From assembly GCF_000829155.1 (NCBI RefSeq), contig NZ_AP013293.1:253353-285352 (forward strand): 32,000 nucleotides of DNA. The letters are read 5' to 3'. Below are positions 28,585-32,000 of this stretch, one piece after another. The translations under genes and the position numbers were made by a program. Positions within the stretch are counted from its first letter, which is position 1; every line of letters starts with the position of its first letter. The DNA comes from Candidatus Karelsulcia muelleri PSPU. Lineage in GTDB: Bacteria > Bacteroidota > Bacteroidia > Flavobacteriales > Blattabacteriaceae. The notes beneath the pieces are model-generated. The model saw only the letters and a program-made list of their open reading frames with translations, was not told where the DNA came from and did not search any database.

Positions 28585-30274
28585 TAATTGATTTTAATCT
28601 AATCTTCTCTATAGAATTTCCAGGAGTAATCATCGGAAAAACCTTATATTCTTTTTCTATCATTATTTCAAGTATATATGTATTTTTGGTATTTAACAGA
28701 TCTTTAATATCTTGTTTTAAATATTTTCTATTAAGTATTTTTTTATACTTTATTCCATAAGAATAAAACATTTTAATAAAATCTGGATTTATAATTTTCG
28801 TAGAAGAATATCTTCTTTCAAAAAAAAATTCTTGCCATTGTCTCACCATTCCTAAATAATTATTATTTAATAATATAATTTTTATAGTAATATTATGCTG
28901 CATAATAGTTCCCAATTCTTGTAGAGTCATTTGAATTCCTCCATCTCCCACTATACATATTATTTGACAATTTTTTCCCCAAATTTTAGCTCCTATAGAG
29001 GCTGGTAAAGCAAATCCCATTGTTCCCAATCCACCAGAAGTAATTTGACTTTTTTTACAAGTAAAATTAAAATATCTAGAAGCAGACATTTGATGTTGTC
29101 CTACATCTGTTACTAAAACACTTTTTTTTTTTTTAAATAAATTAATATAATTAATAACTTCACCCATAGTGATACCTATATTATTAGTATAATAATCATT
29201 TTTTATTACTTTTTTTTCTTCTTTTTTTTTTAAAAAAAAAAAAAATTTTTTCCATTTTTTATTTTTTTTTATCTCTATTTTAGATAATAATAATTTTAAA
29301 ATTTTTTTACAATTTCCTAATAAAAATATATTTGTATTCATATTTTTATGAATTTCAGATTCATCTATATCTATATGAATAATATTAGATTTTTTAGCAT
29401 ATTTAGTTAGATCTCCTGTAACTCTATCATCAAAACGCATTCCTATTGCTATTATTACATCAGATTTATTAGTTAATATATTAGGTGCGTAATGCCCATG
29501 CATTCCTAACATGCCCATATTTAAAATATTTTCTGTTTTTAACGCACCTAATCCTAAAAGTGTACTAGCTGCAGGAATATTAGTTTTTTCTATAAATTCT
29601 TTTAATTCTTTTTCTGCATTAGCTAAAATAATTCCTTGCCCAATAATAATAAAAGGTTTACTAGAATTATTAATAATAGTAGCTGCTTTTTCTATTTTTT
29701 TTATATTTATTTTTTTTTTTTTTAAAAAAATATTCAAATATTTTTTATATTTGAAATTTGATAATTCTAATTGTGCATCCTTTGTAATATCTATTAAAAC
29801 TGGACCGGGTCTTCCAGATTGAGCTATAAAAAAACCTTTTGATAAAATATATGATATATCTTTAGCTTTTGTTACTTGATAATTCCATTTTGTAACAGGT
29901 ATTGAAATATCTATTATATCCGTTTCTTGAAAGGCATCAGTACCTAATAAATTAGATGAAACTTGTCCAGTAATGCATAGTATAGCTGTACTATCTATTA
30001 AAGAATCTGCTAAGCCAGTAATTAAATTTGTAGCTCCAGGACCTGAAGTAGTAAAACATACGCCTACTTTTCCACTAACTCTAGCATAACCTTGAGCGGC
30101 ATGTATAGCACCTTGTTCATGACGTGTTAAAATATGTGATATCTGTTTTATATAATAATATAATGCATCATATATCGGCATAATAGCTCCTCCAGGATAT
30201 CCAAATATATATTTAGTTTTTTCAAGAATAAGTGTTTTTATAATAATTTCTGATCCTTTAATATATTTATTCAT
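28577..30274 (-). CDS. ilvB: acetolactate synthase large (catalytic) subunit
   Basis: 565 aa. ..GYPGGAIMPIYDAL.., ..RHEQGA.HAA.GYARVSGK.GVC..TSGPGATNL.TG.. and the ThDP motif ..GDGGIQMTLQELGT...NN..LGMVRQWQ... Confidence 0.94.
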   Translation of the reverse strand: MNKYIKGSEIIIKTLILEKTKYIFGYPGGAIMPIYDALYYYIKQISHILTRHEQGAIHAAQGYARVSGKVGVCFTTSGPGATNLITGLADSLIDSTAILCITGQVSSNLLGTDAFQETDIIDISIPVTKWNYQVTKAKDISYILSKGFFIAQSGRPGPVLIDITKDAQLELSNFKYKKYLNIFLKKKKINIKKIEKAATIINNSSKPFIIIGQGIILANAEKELKEFIEKTNIPAASTLLGLGALKTENILNMGMLGMHGHYAPNILTNKSDVIIAIGMRFDDRVTGDLTKYAKKSNIIHIDIDESEIHKNMNTNIFLLGNCKKILKLLLSKIEIKKNKKWKKFFFFLKKKEEKKVIKNDYYTNNIGITMGEVINYINLFKKKKSVLVTDVGQHQMSASRYFNFTCKKSQITSGGLGTMGFALPASIGAKIWGKNCQIICIVGDGGIQMTLQELGTIMQHNITIKIILLNNNYLGMVRQWQEFFFERRYSSTKIINPDFIKMFYSYGIKYKKILNRKYLKQDIKDLLNTKNTYILEIMIEKEYKVFPMITPGNSIEKIRLKSINE

Positions 30275-30277
30275 AAT

Positions 30278-31960
30278 TTACAGTTTATCTGTTACACATC
30301 CATTAGAAGCAGATGATACAGTATTTGAATACTTATATAAATATCCTGAATTAACTTTTAAAAGGGGAGCTATAAATTTTTTTTTTCTAATTTTTATTTC
30401 TTTCTTTGTTATTTTTAATGTTAAAGTATTATTTATTGCATCAATTATTATAATATCTCCATTTTCTATTAAAGCAATTAATCCTCCATTTTGAGCTTCT
30501 GGAGTAATATGACCTACTACAAATCCATGAGATCCTCCTGAAAATCTTCCATCAGTTATTAAAGCAATTTTTTTTCCTAAATTAGCACCCATTATATAAG
30601 AAGTAGGTTTAAGCATTTCCGGCATTCCAGGACCTCCTTTAGGACCTACATATCTAATTACTATAACATCTCCTTTTTTTATTTTATTATTAATTATTGC
30701 TTCATTAGCAGAGTTTTCTGAATTAAAAACTTGTGCAAATCCTGAAAATAGATCACCTTCTTTTCCAGTAATTTTAGCAACCGCCCCTTCTGGAGCTAAA
30801 TTTCCATATAAAATTCGTATATGTCCATTTTTTTTTATAGGATTTAATAAAGGATATATAATTTTTTGATTAAAATCAATATCAGGTATTTTTTCTAAAT
30901 TTTTTTTTATTGTTTTTCCTGTAACAGTCATACAATCTCCTTCTATATATCCTTCTTTTAATAAATATTTTATAATTATAGGAATTCCTCCCATAGATTG
31001 TATATCTTCCATTAAAAAATCTCCACTTGGTTTTAAATTAGCTATAATTGGAACATTATTATTGATATTTTGAATATCATCTAATTTTAAATTTATATTA
31101 GCAGTTTTAGCTATAGCTAAAATATGTATTACTAAATTTGTTGATCCTCCTAATGCAATTGCTAGAGTAATAGCATTTTTTATAGATGTATTAGTAATAA
31201 TATCCAGTGGTTTAATATTTTTTTTAAAAATTTTTTTTATATAAAAACCTATATTAACACATTCTTTTTTTTTAAAGTTACTATTAGCTAATGATGAAGA
31301 TGAATATGGTATTGTAATTCCCATTGCTTCAATACAAGAAGCCATTGTATTAGCTGTATACATTCCTCCACAGGCTCCTGGTCCAGGACAAGCATGTTTA
31401 ATTATATTTTTATATTCTAATTCTGAAATTTTCCCTATATTTTTTTCTCCTAAAGCTTCAAAAGCTGAAACTATATTTAATTTTTTACCATTATAATATC
31501 CTGATGATATACTCCCTCCATATACTAATATGGAAGGTCTATTAATACGTAACATGGCCATAACTATTCCAGGTATATTTTTATCACATCCTGGAATACC
31601 TATTAATCCATCATAATGTTGAGCTTTAACAACACTTTCTATACTATCAGCTATTAATTCTCTTGAAGGTAAAGAATATCTCATTCCAGATGTTCCCATA
31701 GACATTCCATCACTAATACCTATAGTATTAAATTGAAAACCCACCATTCCATATTTTTTTACAGATGATTTAATATTATTACTAATAATATTTAAATGCA
31801 TATTACAAGGATTACCTTCATACCAATTACTAACTATGCCAACTTGAGCTTTATTAAAATCATCTTCTGTTAACCCCGTGGCATACAGCATTGCTTGTGC
31901 AGCAGGTAAAGTATTATTTTTAGTTAATTTAATACTAAATGGATTTATTATTTTTGCCAT
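30278..31960 (-). CDS. ilvD: dihydroxy-acid dehydratase
   Basis: 560 aa. Fe-S ligand contexts are present (..NPCNMHL.., ..PGCDKNIPG.., ..PGPGACGGMYTANTM..), as are ..LITDGRFSGGSHGFVVGHI.PEA... Confidence 0.95.
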   Translation of the reverse strand: MAKIINPFSIKLTKNNTLPAAQAMLYATGLTEDDFNKAQVGIVSNWYEGNPCNMHLNIISNNIKSSVKKYGMVGFQFNTIGISDGMSMGTSGMRYSLPSRELIADSIESVVKAQHYDGLIGIPGCDKNIPGIVMAMLRINRPSILVYGGSISSGYYNGKKLNIVSAFEALGEKNIGKISELEYKNIIKHACPGPGACGGMYTANTMASCIEAMGITIPYSSSSLANSNFKKKECVNIGFYIKKIFKKNIKPLDIITNTSIKNAITLAIALGGSTNLVIHILAIAKTANINLKLDDIQNINNNVPIIANLKPSGDFLMEDIQSMGGIPIIIKYLLKEGYIEGDCMTVTGKTIKKNLEKIPDIDFNQKIIYPLLNPIKKNGHIRILYGNLAPEGAVAKITGKEGDLFSGFAQVFNSENSANEAIINNKIKKGDVIVIRYVGPKGGPGMPEMLKPTSYIMGANLGKKIALITDGRFSGGSHGFVVGHITPEAQNGGLIALIENGDIIIIDAINNTLTLKITKKEIKIRKKKFIAPLLKVNSGYLYKYSNTVSSASNGCVTDKL

Positions 31961-32000
31961 TAAATTTGGATAAACATTTTTTAAAAAAAATTTTTTTTTA

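Noticed and set aside
29511-29822. 103-aa plus-strand ORF antisense to ilvB
   Set aside because: It lies opposite a conserved region of ilvB, and the product is hydrophobic and low-complexity. Treated as spurious.

Overview
This is an extremely AT-rich, almost gap-free stretch of a highly reduced bacterial genome. I call 40 protein genes (39 full-length plus one possible partial at the window edge), 1 tRNA and 1 RNase P RNA in 32 kb. Intergenic spacers are mostly 0-60 bp and many start/stop codons overlap. The protein sequences point to an obligate insect endosymbiont of the Flavobacteriales (Bacteroidota), Sulcia- or Blattabacterium-like: a single-Cys L36 form, a P5C-dehydrogenase type, a small HsdR_N-domain protein paired with holA, adjacent pdhA and E2, and no Shine-Dalgarno motifs upstream of starts. 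That assignment is inference from memory of these families, not a database search. TGA is a stop codon (rplN, rplX, trxB) and Trp is TGG, so the code is standard table 11.

Content by region:
- 1-8.6 kb: the distal spc/alpha ribosomal cluster, rpsQ through rplQ, including secY, infA, an unlisted rpmJ, and rpoA.
- 8.7-16.9 kb: dapF, rsmH, rnpB, a P5C-dehydrogenase homolog, mutL, argH, lysS and tRNA-Arg(ACG).
- 17-22 kb: pdhA, PDH E2, a TerC-family membrane protein, pfkA and gapA.
- 22-25 kb: an HsdR_N/PD-(D/E)xK small protein, a frameshifted holA, trxB and a SpoU/TrmH methyltransferase.
- 25-32 kb, minus strand: an ilvD-ilvB-ilvN-ilvC-ilvA-pheS branched-chain amino acid operon.

I see no CRISPR array, IS or transposon, phage, toxin-antitoxin or defence island, and no discrete novel multi-gene system that I can support. 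The unusual signals are all at the gene-decay or gene-expression level:
1. holA is broken exactly at a T10-A10 junction that forms a UUU-UAA +1 slippery site.
2. MutL keeps its ATPase motifs, but every metal-ligand residue of its endonuclease site is replaced.
3. A full-length P5C dehydrogenase has Leu in place of the catalytic Cys.
4. Both of those degenerate genes lie directly upstream of, and are contiguous with, a size-reduced rnpB that has no room for its own promoter.
5. Convergent genes share TTAA overlapping stop codons, leaving no terminator space.
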